DNA from: a virus
Virus record (IMG/VR): IMGVR_UViG_3300034392_000002
Length of the DNA: 62,929 bases
Reading direction: 5' to 3' (one strand)
Each line of letters starts with the position of its first letter. The stretch's first letter is position 1. The notes below the pieces were generated by a model that did no database searches, was not told the DNA's origin, and worked only from the letters and a program-made list of their open reading frames with translations. The position numbers and the translations under genes are program-made. This document shows positions 1 through 8,470 of this stretch, piece after piece.

Positions 1-127
1 TCAACATTCCAACCTTCAAGAAAGAGAGACACCGACCATGACGCAGACCCTACAGCCTACTTTCGTACCGCTCGACCAGCTCGGCAAACATATCGTTAGT
101 CAATCAACCGCCGACGTGCTTGAGCGC
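1..127. repeat. Terminal direct repeat copy 1, identical to 62803..62929 (circular-assembly overlap)
   Basis: Read directly: tcaacattccaaccttcaag...cttgagcgc occurs at both ends, and gene 38..238 restarts at 62840. Confidence 0.95.
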
Positions 128-238
128 GCCCGCGCGTTGTACGAAGCAGAGCCAACCAGAGCGCACCTTGAGAATCTGCAAGAGGCGGAATACGAACACA
201 AGCTGGCGACCGGCGAGCGTCGGGGTCGGCGCAAGTAA
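38..238 (+). CDS. hypothetical protein, first gene of the rightward block
   Basis: ATG preceded by a purine-rich RBS (aagaaagagaga); followed by a hairpin plus T-run at 251..286. Confidence 0.6.
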   Translation: MTQTLQPTFVPLDQLGKHIVSQSTADVLERARALYEAEPTRAHLENLQEAEYEHKLATGERRGRRK

Positions 239-250
239 TCTTCTACTGAC

Positions 251-286
251 GCGGGCCGGGCCGCTACCTCGGCCCGCGTTTTTGTT
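251..286 (+). terminator. Rho-independent terminator-like hairpin with loop GGCCGCTACCT
   Basis: Stem gcgggccg/cggcccgc, 11-nt loop, then gtttttgttt. Confidence 0.7.
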
Positions 287-312
287 TCAACCACTAGAGA
301 AGGGAACTGACC

Positions 313-630
313 ATGATGGACCTGACAGATATTGAATCGAAGGCCGCGCGTGCCTTCGCGAAGGCGGCAGTCGAAAAGCCGTGGGTTACTAAAACAGCTT
401 TCCGTACTTACCGCGTCATCCCGCGCAACACCGAGCACGGCAAATATGTCGTCACCTTCGATGTCATTGACCGTCGCCGCATGGCGACCTGCGAGAGCGT
501 TGATGGCACTCCCTGTCCAGCCCACGCACAGGGCCTGATGTGCTACCACATCGCGGCTGCATATCGCCGTCACCTCAGCAACGCTGCGAAGGTTTACCAG
601 CAGCGCCAACAGCCAGCCGTCGCCGCTTAA
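313..630 (+). CDS. small SWIM-like zinc-finger protein
   Basis: RBS agagaaggga; C...CPAH...CYH cysteine/histidine pattern resembling a SWIM finger. Confidence 0.5.
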   Translation: MMDLTDIESKAARAFAKAAVEKPWVTKTAFRTYRVIPRNTEHGKYVVTFDVIDRRRMATCESVDGTPCPAHAQGLMCYHIAAAYRRHLSNAAKVYQQRQQPAVAA

Positions 631-650
631 TCAACTAACAGAGGTTAACC

Positions 651-1415
651 ATGAGTAAGCAGATTCAGGGCGAGCCACAAAAAGCTCGCCCAGTGCTTCC
701 TATCATCACCTGCAAAGAAATCATCAGCGGCCTTGAGCGCCTCGGCTACGAAGCCCGATGTATCGCTGCCGGGAAGAACGGTAAGCGCATGTGGGCCGTT
801 CATCGCCCCGACCCTTCGACCGGCACGCACTATCAGCCACGCAGTTATTTTACTGGCGAGGAATTGTTTGCTCTCTCGTCACTGACGACCAAGCAGGAAC
901 TTCGAGACGCCATCGCGGCGGCTCATCACGCAACTTCCAAAAACAAGTACATCAAAATTCGAGGAGAAGAAAACATGAAGAAGAAAAACGGAACGAAGAA
1001 AACCACCGCCGCGGCCGAGAAGGCTGCTCGCGAATCACGCTCCACCAGGAAAGCGACAACCACCAAAGTTGCTACAGCCGGCAAAAAGGATGCGGCTCAA
1101 GCACCTGCAACAAAGGCGACAAAGAAAGCTGCTGCCAACAAGAACGGCAATGGCAAGATCACAATCAAATCGAACGACCCCGACGTTATCTTGCTCGCCA
1201 GCTTTCAGGATAAAACGACGACCGAGCGCATGACCGCGAACAATATGGTCAGCCTCTTTAAGCGCATCAACGCTGCAAGCTACGACCACCCCGTCGTTAA
1301 TAAGGATTTGAATCTATACGATAAGCGGCAGGCGCGCGAGCTGGCGCGGCTCGGCATTGTGGCGAAAGACCGCATCCCTGATGTCGGCCTCGCCTACTTT
1401 GCCGCCGGCAAGTAA
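651..1415 (+). CDS. hypothetical protein with a Lys/Ala/Thr-rich histone-H1-like central tract
   Basis: 254-aa ORF with RBS gaggt; low-complexity KKTTAAAEKAA...ATKATKKAAANK segment. Confidence 0.6.
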   Translation: MSKQIQGEPQKARPVLPIITCKEIISGLERLGYEARCIAAGKNGKRMWAVHRPDPSTGTHYQPRSYFTGEELFALSSLTTKQELRDAIAAAHHATSKNKYIKIRGEENMKKKNGTKKTTAAAEKAARESRSTRKATTTKVATAGKKDAAQAPATKATKKAAANKNGNGKITIKSNDPDVILLASFQDKTTTERMTANNMVSLFKRINAASYDHPVVNKDLNLYDKRQARELARLGIVAKDRIPDVGLAYFAAGK

Positions 1416-1505
1416 TTGACAGGAATAGAAAAAGCGACGGCGGGGTGCTACCAACACCCCGCCGCGTACAGCACTCGAACCCTCCATCCAAGAAAGGTTG
1501 CAAGT

Positions 1506-1709
1506 ATGGACGATACTAACACATCGTTACCGTCAAAATCTAACACTTCGTTACCGCACAAGCATCTCTGCCCGGAGCACAACGGCGTCTTCGAATGCAC
1601 GGACGAGACGGACGCCGACCTAGAGGTCGCTGTCTGTCCTGATTGCCGCGACAGGAAGGAAAAACCAGCCAAGCGAGCAAAAAAGCGGAAGGGGCGGAAA
1701 GGCAGATGA
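1506..1709 (+). CDS. small Cys/His zinc-ribbon-like protein with a basic tail
   Basis: Start refined to ATG 1506 (RBS agaaagg); CPEH...C...CPDC pattern; KRAKKRKGRKGR tail. Confidence 0.5.
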   Translation: MDDTNTSLPSKSNTSLPHKHLCPEHNGVFECTDETDADLEVAVCPDCRDRKEKPAKRAKKRKGRKGR

Positions 1710-1918
1710 ACGCACCCGCCACCTCATTGCGCGGTCGGCCCTTCGTCAAAGGCTTTGACCCGCGCCGTCACAAACTCACACGAGAGGAATGCCAGAAAGG
1801 TTTTTGGGCTGCCATCGAATCTATCGTTGCGCGGCATCCTGACGCCGTCAACAAGCTCGGCGTTCACATAGCCAGAAACGCGCTGCCTGCACTCATCAAG
1901 AAACGCAACTTCCGATAA
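1706..1918 (+). CDS. hypothetical protein
   Basis: ATG at 1706 overlaps the previous stop (ATGA coupling); 70 aa. Confidence 0.5.
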   Translation: MNAPATSLRGRPFVKGFDPRRHKLTREECQKGFWAAIESIVARHPDAVNKLGVHIARNALPALIKKRNFR

Positions 1919-1929
1919 TAACGAAAAAC

Positions 1930-1956
1930 GAGCAGAGGGCCGCTACCTCTCTGCTC
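1930..1956 (+). promoter_or_regulatory. Hairpin with the same 11-nt loop GGCCGCTACCT as 251..277 but a different, fully compensated stem
   Basis: Stem gagcagag/ctctgctc; no T-run follows; the downstream 38 nt are homologous to the spacer before gene 313. Confidence 0.7.
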
Positions 1957-1991
1957 GCTACTTGAATCCACAACAGAGAAGGGAACTACCC

Positions 1992-4229
1992 ATGTCAACT
2001 GAGAAGGAAGTCAGCCGGGAGGAACCGGCTGATGAAGCTATCGAAACCGTGACGCTCGATGCGTGGCGGCGGTATTTCACTGAGCAACTGCTCAAGCCTG
2101 AGACGACCATCGCGGAACACAAGGCGATGTTCCTCCGCGCCGTCGCGTCGGTTGGGAGCATCGAGGCGGAACTAAAGAAACTGAAGAAGGCGGAACTGGC
2201 GCGCATCGCTCGCACCAGCAGCCGCGACTCGAAGCATGATGAGTTGGTGCGCTACGCGCTCAATCGTATCACCGAACGCTTTACGCTCGGCCTGCATGAA
2301 CGCGGCGGCCTCGGCATGGAGTTCTTTATGAACGCCGAGAAGCGGCGCGCAGTCATCGCCGGGACAGTCGAAGCGATGACCGACGCTGACCTTGCAGACC
2401 ATCGGCGCTGCATCGAAGAGAGCAAACGAGAGCGCGCCGAGGCACAGCAAGAACAGCAGAAAGCAATTACCAATCCTGAGACCGGGGACGAGTTTAATAC
2501 CTTCATCCAACATCATGGGATGCTGGCGCTGGCGGCTCTCGCCCGCGACAAGAAGCTGCCGCGCAAACATGATGAGCAACGCGCCATCATCTATCGCGAA
2601 GGCATTAAGGCGATGAACGATGAGCAGCTTGCCCGCTACGACGAGTTAGTTGCGGGTCAGGCCCAGAAGCGGCGCGCCGAAGAGATGGTCAAGCGCGCAA
2701 CCATCAAGCGCATCGAGATTGGCGAAGGCAATTACATGGAGGTCGTCAGGCATTGGCACGGCCGGCGCGAGGAATGGCAATGGATAGTCGTTCTGGCCGA
2801 GCGCGAAGACCGCTCGACCTTTGATGAGTTGTGCATCGCTGCCCACAAGCTCGGCGGCTACTACCAGCGGGCCTATGCTCCGGCGAATAGTCCTGGCGGG
2901 TTCGCCTTTGACAGCGAAGAGCAGGCCGAGAAGTTCGTCATGCTTCAAAGCAAAGACATCTTCGAGATGTCTTGCCTTGAGCGCATCGTCACCCGCCGCG
3001 AGGCCGTCAGGCAAAACGCCATCACTCACTTCACTGGTCTCTCCGGCCGGATGGAGGAACGCGCCACCGACGAGCTACATCGCGAGCGTAAGGAAAACAC
3101 CGAGCGGCGCATCATGCAGGCCGAGAACGCGAGAGACAAGGCGCACGACCAGCTTGCGATGGCCGGCACGCTCAGGTCTTACGCCGTCGCCCTTCAAGAG
3201 CGCATCACGCGTCACACCGACCGTATTCGCTGGCGCACGCACGCCGAAGCCTTCGAGCGGCTGCTGGCGCGTGCTGGCTATCGCATGTCACAGGTTGAAT
3301 ACCCGTGGCCCGTCGTCGGCAAGCATACGCTCTCTGAAGTAGCGAAGCAGATAGGCGAGCGCGACGGCTCTATCCTCATCACGAACCGCATCAAGAAATT
3401 GTGTCGCGAGACTGAGGGCGAAAGCGTGGTCTTCGTCGGCAGCTACGCCGACACGCTCAGAGACTTCTATCGTCGAGCGCGCGTGCATCGCGTCAAAGGA
3501 TGGGCGCTTGATTCTATCCGTGAAGCGCTCGGTGATTTCAAGCGCTGCCGGCTGAACAATCTTGACACGCTGCCGGAGCTGCGCGCAGCGCTCAGGGAGC
3601 ATCAGGGCATCCGGGTCGCACGCACCGAACTGACGAAAGCGGAGAAGGTCATGCAAGACCTCTACGCTGGTCAGTTTCCCCCCGACTACTTCCCCACTCC
3701 CCCGGACGTGGCCGCCATCATGCTTGACTACGCAGACATCCAGCCGGGCATGACGTGGCTCGAACCTGAGTGCGGCGCGGCGCATCTCGCCAACGCTATC
3801 CACGAGAGACACCCTGACACCGATGGTCGCCTTATCGAGTTGTCCGGCCTGCTGGTGAACGCGTGCAGGGCGCAGGACTGGTCGCCGCTGCACACAGACT
3901 TTCTCAGCTTCGGCGATTGGCAGGAGGCGTTTGATAGGGTCATCGCTAATCCACCGTTCGGCTCAGACGGCCTCGGCACGGACATTGACCACGTGCGCCA
4001 GATGTACACGAAGCTCAAACCGCTGGGCCGCATCGTGACGGCGATGTCGGATGGCGTCTTCTATCGCGGCGACGCGAAGGCTCAGGAGTTTCGCGCGTGG
4101 CTCGATGAGGAAATCGCGGAGGATACACCGCGCGGCTTCTCCGTCGAACTGCCCGAAGGCGCATTTCTCAATTCGGATAGACCGACGAGCTGGGCGGCGC
4201 GCGTCGTCGTCATCGAAAGGGGGGCGTGA
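1992..4229 (+). CDS. N6-adenine DNA methyltransferase domain fused to a ~550-aa N-terminal region of unknown function
   Basis: Start refined to ATG 1992 (RBS agagaaggga); C-terminal motif I LEPECGAAH followed by motif IV VIANPPFG. Confidence 0.75.
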   Translation: MSTEKEVSREEPADEAIETVTLDAWRRYFTEQLLKPETTIAEHKAMFLRAVASVGSIEAELKKLKKAELARIARTSSRDSKHDELVRYALNRITERFTLGLHERGGLGMEFFMNAEKRRAVIAGTVEAMTDADLADHRRCIEESKRERAEAQQEQQKAITNPETGDEFNTFIQHHGMLALAALARDKKLPRKHDEQRAIIYREGIKAMNDEQLARYDELVAGQAQKRRAEEMVKRATIKRIEIGEGNYMEVVRHWHGRREEWQWIVVLAEREDRSTFDELCIAAHKLGGYYQRAYAPANSPGGFAFDSEEQAEKFVMLQSKDIFEMSCLERIVTRREAVRQNAITHFTGLSGRMEERATDELHRERKENTERRIMQAENARDKAHDQLAMAGTLRSYAVALQERITRHTDRIRWRTHAEAFERLLARAGYRMSQVEYPWPVVGKHTLSEVAKQIGERDGSILITNRIKKLCRETEGESVVFVGSYADTLRDFYRRARVHRVKGWALDSIREALGDFKRCRLNNLDTLPELRAALREHQGIRVARTELTKAEKVMQDLYAGQFPPDYFPTPPDVAAIMLDYADIQPGMTWLEPECGAAHLANAIHERHPDTDGRLIELSGLLVNACRAQDWSPLHTDFLSFGDWQEAFDRVIANPPFGSDGLGTDIDHVRQMYTKLKPLGRIVTAMSDGVFYRGDAKAQEFRAWLDEEIAEDTPRGFSVELPEGAFLNSDRPTSWAARVVVIERGA

Positions 4230-4274
4230 CGGTGGAATCCAGAAAGCGACCTGAAAGGAGGTTGTGTCAAAGTT

Positions 4275-4538
4275 GTGAAGACCAACAGCACCCACGCCTA
4301 TCAGAAGGCATATAACAAAGGAATGCGGCTGCATGTCTTCTGGAATAAAGAAAAGCGCGCCGTTGCCGCTCTTGGTCGCGCCGCTTATCAAATGTATACA
4401 CCGCGCAACGTCGAATTGATGAATCAAGTCTTAGGACCTGACTGCAACTGGGAGTGGATAACTGATGACGAGCGGCAGCGCAGACAGGAGGCCATGCGGA
4501 AGGAAGAAAAAGATGCTGGCTCAAAAAAAAGAGTTTGA
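4275..4538 (+). CDS. hypothetical protein
   Basis: GTG start downstream of aggagg; 87 aa. Confidence 0.45.
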   Translation: MKTNSTHAYQKAYNKGMRLHVFWNKEKRAVAALGRAAYQMYTPRNVELMNQVLGPDCNWEWITDDERQRRQEAMRKEEKDAGSKKRV

Positions 4539-4749
4539 AATCAACCCTGACGCTTCAGTGCGCCACTTGTCTGAACAACTGCGGATGTGCCGCGACGCTT
4601 ACGAATTTCACAACCGCTCGGCTCGCCAGTCCCGACAATGCCAAAATGAATATCTGCGTGACCAGTACGCAAACGACAACGCTGAACTAGCAGCTTACTA
4701 CCTTAAAGAGATGGGTCGCTATGAAGCGGCCCTAGCGAAGAAGAAGTAA
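4513..4749 (+). CDS. hypothetical protein
   Basis: ATG 4513 after ggaaggaag; the longer track ORF starts upstream in the overlap. Confidence 0.45.
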   Translation: MLAQKKEFEINPDASVRHLSEQLRMCRDAYEFHNRSARQSRQCQNEYLRDQYANDNAELAAYYLKEMGRYEAALAKKK

Positions 4750-4777
4750 ATGCTTAGCTCACTCACACTAAACATAC

Positions 4778-4804
4778 GGGCTGTCAGTAATGGCAGCCCT
4801 TTTC
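4778..4804 (+). terminator. Rho-independent terminator-like hairpin
   Basis: gggctgtca/tggcagccc stem (one mismatch), loop gtaa, then ttttc. Confidence 0.6.
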
Positions 4805-4823
4805 AATTCAGAAAGGAACCATA

Positions 4824-5594
4824 ATGCAAAAAGTTGATGACATTTTGAAGCAGAACATGACGACCGCAGAGCTGCTCGAACAACTCAAACCTATTGACCC
4901 CGATAAACTTCAACACACGGGAGACGGCATCTACGAAGCCCAGTGGTCGCCACACAACACCGACCGCGATTCAGACCTCGAAGTCCTCGGCATCACGCCA
5001 GCCGTCAGGATTATCGGGACAGTTTACGAGCCTGAAGATCTACCCGGATGGCGGGCCGTGCGCTTCAGCTACACGCCACCGAACGATGAGACGAGCAACG
5101 TGGTCGCCAGTAATGTGATGAGTCTCGAAGAGAGATACACACTGCCACCGCTGCCAACGTCGGCCAGCCAATACGGCGAACAGATCGAACTCGTTAAGCT
5201 CACCATCCATGAATTGAACAGGCAGCTCTCACAGGCGAAAGAGATGGTCACCATCCGCAAGGAAGCAATCACCCGCGAGGCCGCTGATAACCCGGCCAAT
5301 ACGAACGACGCCAAGCGCAAAGCTGCGGCGGCGCAGCAACTGGCAACGGATGAGGTCTACCAACAATTTTCTCAAATCATCCTCTGGCTCAACGACCTCA
5401 TTGTTCTGTGGGACGCACGCCGCTCCCGTCTCTACCGCGACTTTGAAGTTGCTCGCATCCATGAGCTGTACAACCACTTGGAGCGGGCATCGAGTGACGA
5501 TTACCAGCGCCGCTTGCAAGCCAACGCCGACACCTATCACAAGGCCAAGCAAGCTGCCGACTACGCCGCCAACCGCGCACGACAAAGCACTTAA
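4824..5594 (+). CDS. hypothetical coiled-coil protein
   Basis: 256-aa ORF with RBS gaaaggaa. Confidence 0.6.
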   Translation: MQKVDDILKQNMTTAELLEQLKPIDPDKLQHTGDGIYEAQWSPHNTDRDSDLEVLGITPAVRIIGTVYEPEDLPGWRAVRFSYTPPNDETSNVVASNVMSLEERYTLPPLPTSASQYGEQIELVKLTIHELNRQLSQAKEMVTIRKEAITREAADNPANTNDAKRKAAAAQQLATDEVYQQFSQIILWLNDLIVLWDARRSRLYRDFEVARIHELYNHLERASSDDYQRRLQANADTYHKAKQAADYAANRARQST

Positions 5595-5610
5595 GCAGGA
5601 GGCTCGCATC

Positions 5611-5817
5611 ATGGCCTTCAACAACTGGTGGCACTGCCCGTTTTGCAGCGCCACTATTTATTACCACGGGCCGAGCGGCGAGACGCAGGGGCGTGTAGTG
5701 CGGCTGCACTTCAAGTATTGCCGCGTTATCGCCCCGCTCGTCTCGCGGGCCGCGCTCGTACACAAACAACACTATGAAAGGAAGAAACATGAAAGGAACC
5801 GCAAAGGCCGCAGATAA
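5611..5817 (+). CDS. small Cys-containing protein with a basic tail
   Basis: ATG 5611 after aggagg; WHCPFC...HFKYC pattern. Confidence 0.5.
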   Translation: MAFNNWWHCPFCSATIYYHGPSGETQGRVVRLHFKYCRVIAPLVSRAALVHKQHYERKKHERNRKGRR

Positions 5818-7852
5818 CGGCCACTCTAACAATTATGTCCCGGAGGCGGCGCTGGTAGATATTGCCGAAATCAAAGTAGCTCAACAGGCGCGTACTGATT
5901 TCGGCAACATCGAGGAGTTAGCTGCCAGCGTGCGCTCACAAGGAATCCTTCAACCGCTCTTGCTGAGGCCCAACCCAACAGGCTTTCACGCTAAACCAGC
6001 GGGCAATGGATTTCATTTTTATGAGGTGCACAACCGATATGGGAGTGTTATCAGCTCTCCCTTCTACTTTGGTAAAGATTTCCCCGGCAAGAAAACAGAA
6101 GCTCAAGCTAAGGCTGCGGCTGAGGCCGAAGCAGCACGTCTCAACGGAGGTAAATATCTACTCGTCGCTGGCGAACGGCGATTGAAGGCGGCACAGATGG
6201 CGAAGCTCAAGAAAGTGCCTGCCATCATTCGAGAGATGACAGACGAAGAGGCCAGCGCTGCACAGGTCACAGAGAACCTGCAACGCAAAGACCTCAAGCC
6301 GATGGAGGAGGCGCGCGGCTACAAGCAACTCGCAGAATTCAAGGGCCTCAAGACTCTGAAAGAGATTGCCGAGCGTGTGGGCAAGTCGGTCGAGCACGTC
6401 GCGTCCCGCTGGCCGCTTCTCAACCTGGTTGAGCCTGCGCAGCAGCTCGTAGATGAAGGACGGCTGCCACTAAAGCACGCCGCTTATCTCGCCACGCTCG
6501 GCGCAGAGACACAGCCGGCCGCGTTGACTAAGGCTTTCCAGACCCACTGGACACAAAAGGGTCAAGTCCCCAATTATGACAATCCACATAGCTTCGACAC
6601 TTTCAAGCGCGTCATCGAAATGGATGTGTTGCGCGACCTCTCAAATGCTCCGTGGCCGCTCAAACAAGTGTTTGAGCCTGCGCCGAAGGGCTGCGCTCCC
6701 AGTTGCGCTGTCTGCCCGTACAACACCGCTAACGAAGGCGCTCTTTTCGATGCCGGAAAGCAGACGCTCTGCGCCAATGCCGTCGGCTATAACAACAAGA
6801 TGGTGGCGTGGTGGACTATTCAGGCCGAAACGCTGAAGCGCTCGACTGGCCGCGAGGCCGTCTTTGTCGCCAACTCTCACAATCTGACCAAGACGGAGCG
6901 CAAACGCGGTGGATTGCCTGCAACCACTATCGGGCGCGACGAGTGCATGGTCATTCCAAGCAATGAAACCAAATGCGCCTCCTGGGAGCCGGCCGTCGTC
7001 GTGCAGGGCTACATAGACAACAAAACGCCCGGCCATGCCATTACCATCTGCCGCGACCGCAAGTGCAAAGACCACTTCGACCGCGCCGGGGCCTCGATGA
7101 GTAGCACCGTTACTGCCACCTCATCGTCGGCGTCAGACCTGCCGAACAAAGACCAATCGAAGAAGAACCGCGAGCGCAAGCAGGAGCTTTACGACTTGAA
7201 GGTTAATGAGCCGGTGCGCCGCAAGTCACTGGCCGAGGCCATTGCGACGGTCAAGTGGAAGAAGTTAGGACGCTCAGAGTGGAACACAATCGCTATTGCT
7301 CATTACTGCCGCGTGCGGTCGCACACTCAGCGGATTATCCGCGAAGTCTTCAAAGCGGCGACGCAGACAGATTTGCCGGACGCGCATATCGGTGAGACTG
7401 ATTTACTCGGCCATCAGAAACGCATCGGAGAGATTGTGGCCTCTCTGAGCGATGACCAACTCGCACAGTTCATGCTGCTCTGTGCCGTCGGTCACTTTGG
7501 CGAAAATGAGCACATGCACAAGCGTCAGAATCAGGGAGCGCTGAGAGCGTTCGTCGAACACTGGGGCGTCAACTATGCACTTCTCGACGCGACCGAGCGG
7601 GTCGCGCAGTCGTCAAAGAAATACATGGCTAAGCACACTGAGCATCTGCGGAAGGTCAGGGAAGGGAAGGCTGACGTGAAAGATGCTCCACACGTTTATG
7701 ATGAGCCGCCGCCTGAATCTGCGCAGCCCGCGCCAGCAGAACAACCTCAGCCAGTCTCAAAACAGCCAGCCGCTAAAAAGCCAACTACGAAGAAGGCCGG
7801 AGCCAAAAAGCCAGCGAAGGCAGCGGCGAAGAAAGGCGCGCGGAAGAAATGA
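5789..7852 (+). CDS. large ParB/Spo0J N-terminal-domain protein with a Cys-rich middle region and a Lys/Ala/Pro-rich tail
   Basis: ILQPLLLRP ... LLVAGERRLKAAQMA ... TENLQRKDL ParB boxes; ATG 5789 after gaaaggaag (5774 is an alternative start). Confidence 0.75.
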   Translation: MKGTAKAADNGHSNNYVPEAALVDIAEIKVAQQARTDFGNIEELAASVRSQGILQPLLLRPNPTGFHAKPAGNGFHFYEVHNRYGSVISSPFYFGKDFPGKKTEAQAKAAAEAEAARLNGGKYLLVAGERRLKAAQMAKLKKVPAIIREMTDEEASAAQVTENLQRKDLKPMEEARGYKQLAEFKGLKTLKEIAERVGKSVEHVASRWPLLNLVEPAQQLVDEGRLPLKHAAYLATLGAETQPAALTKAFQTHWTQKGQVPNYDNPHSFDTFKRVIEMDVLRDLSNAPWPLKQVFEPAPKGCAPSCAVCPYNTANEGALFDAGKQTLCANAVGYNNKMVAWWTIQAETLKRSTGREAVFVANSHNLTKTERKRGGLPATTIGRDECMVIPSNETKCASWEPAVVVQGYIDNKTPGHAITICRDRKCKDHFDRAGASMSSTVTATSSSASDLPNKDQSKKNRERKQELYDLKVNEPVRRKSLAEAIATVKWKKLGRSEWNTIAIAHYCRVRSHTQRIIREVFKAATQTDLPDAHIGETDLLGHQKRIGEIVASLSDDQLAQFMLLCAVGHFGENEHMHKRQNQGALRAFVEHWGVNYALLDATERVAQSSKKYMAKHTEHLRKVREGKADVKDAPHVYDEPPPESAQPAPAEQPQPVSKQPAAKKPTTKKAGAKKPAKAAAKKGARKK

Positions 7853-7949
7853 GCGATAGCGGGTGACTGGTAGCTAGTTACTCATCACTCATCACCTTGC
7901 GCAATTCTCCACCTCATCCGAGGTTAAAAATCACGCAACATACTCAACC

Positions 7950-7983
7950 GAGGGCCGTGCCACCAGCGCGGCCCTCTTCACTT
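7950..7983 (+). terminator. Terminator-like hairpin
   Basis: gagggccg/cggccctc stem followed by ttcacttt. Confidence 0.5.
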
Positions 7984-7999
7984 TGAAGGAGGTTCATCA

Positions 8000-8278
8000 A
8001 TGTCAGGAAGCGCTCGTTGTCGCCGGTGTCACGCGCCGATCATCTTTGCTAGACACAAGGACACCGGCAATAGCAACCCACTCGACCCACAGCCCTCACC
8101 TATCGGCAACCTGCTGGTCGCTCTCAGCAGTGACAGCATCCTCGAATATGAACAACTGACCAAGAGCGACTTAGAGCAGGCCAAACAACAAAACATTCCG
8201 CTCTACCTCACGCACATGGCGACCTGCCCGGAGAGACCGGCAAACAAGGCAAAAAAGCGCTCTCTGGTAGGGGTATAG
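8000..8278 (+). CDS. small zinc-binding phage protein (CxxC ... H..TC)
   Basis: RBS ggagg; CRRCHAPIIF ... LTHMATCPE pattern. Confidence 0.55.
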   Translation: MSGSARCRRCHAPIIFARHKDTGNSNPLDPQPSPIGNLLVALSSDSILEYEQLTKSDLEQAKQQNIPLYLTHMATCPERPANKAKKRSLVGV

Positions 8279-8360
8279 CTCCCCCACAGCGAACAATCGG
8301 CCTGAGCAGGCCGTATCAAGCGCCTTTTGGCCTCTGAGCAGCCATCCAGACCTGCTGAAA

Positions 8361-8405
8361 AGCCCTGTCACGGCTCGTTTTGAGCCGTGACAGGGCTTTT
8401 TTTTG
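8361..8405 (+). terminator. Strong rho-independent terminator
   Basis: agccctgtcacggctc / gagccgtgacagggct stem followed by T8. Confidence 0.85.
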
Positions 8406-8470
8406 CCTACAACGCTATGTTAGCATTGCTGGCCGTACAACTGACCTGACTCTCGAAAGGAAAGTTAATT

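Noticed and set aside
100-609. 169-aa minus-strand ORF overlapping genes 38..238 and 313..630
   Set aside because: It is antisense to two ORFs that have RBSs and a terminator between them. It has no RBS and is a typical shadow ORF of GC-rich coding DNA.
1416-1709. Longer track ORFs with upstream alternative starts (1416, 1643, 1962, 4465, 5350, 11066, 23591, 40938, 41236, 46206, 47530, 52240, 56962)
   Set aside because: In each case an internal ATG or GTG with a clear Shine-Dalgarno sequence removes the overlap with the neighbouring gene, so the shorter coordinates are reported.
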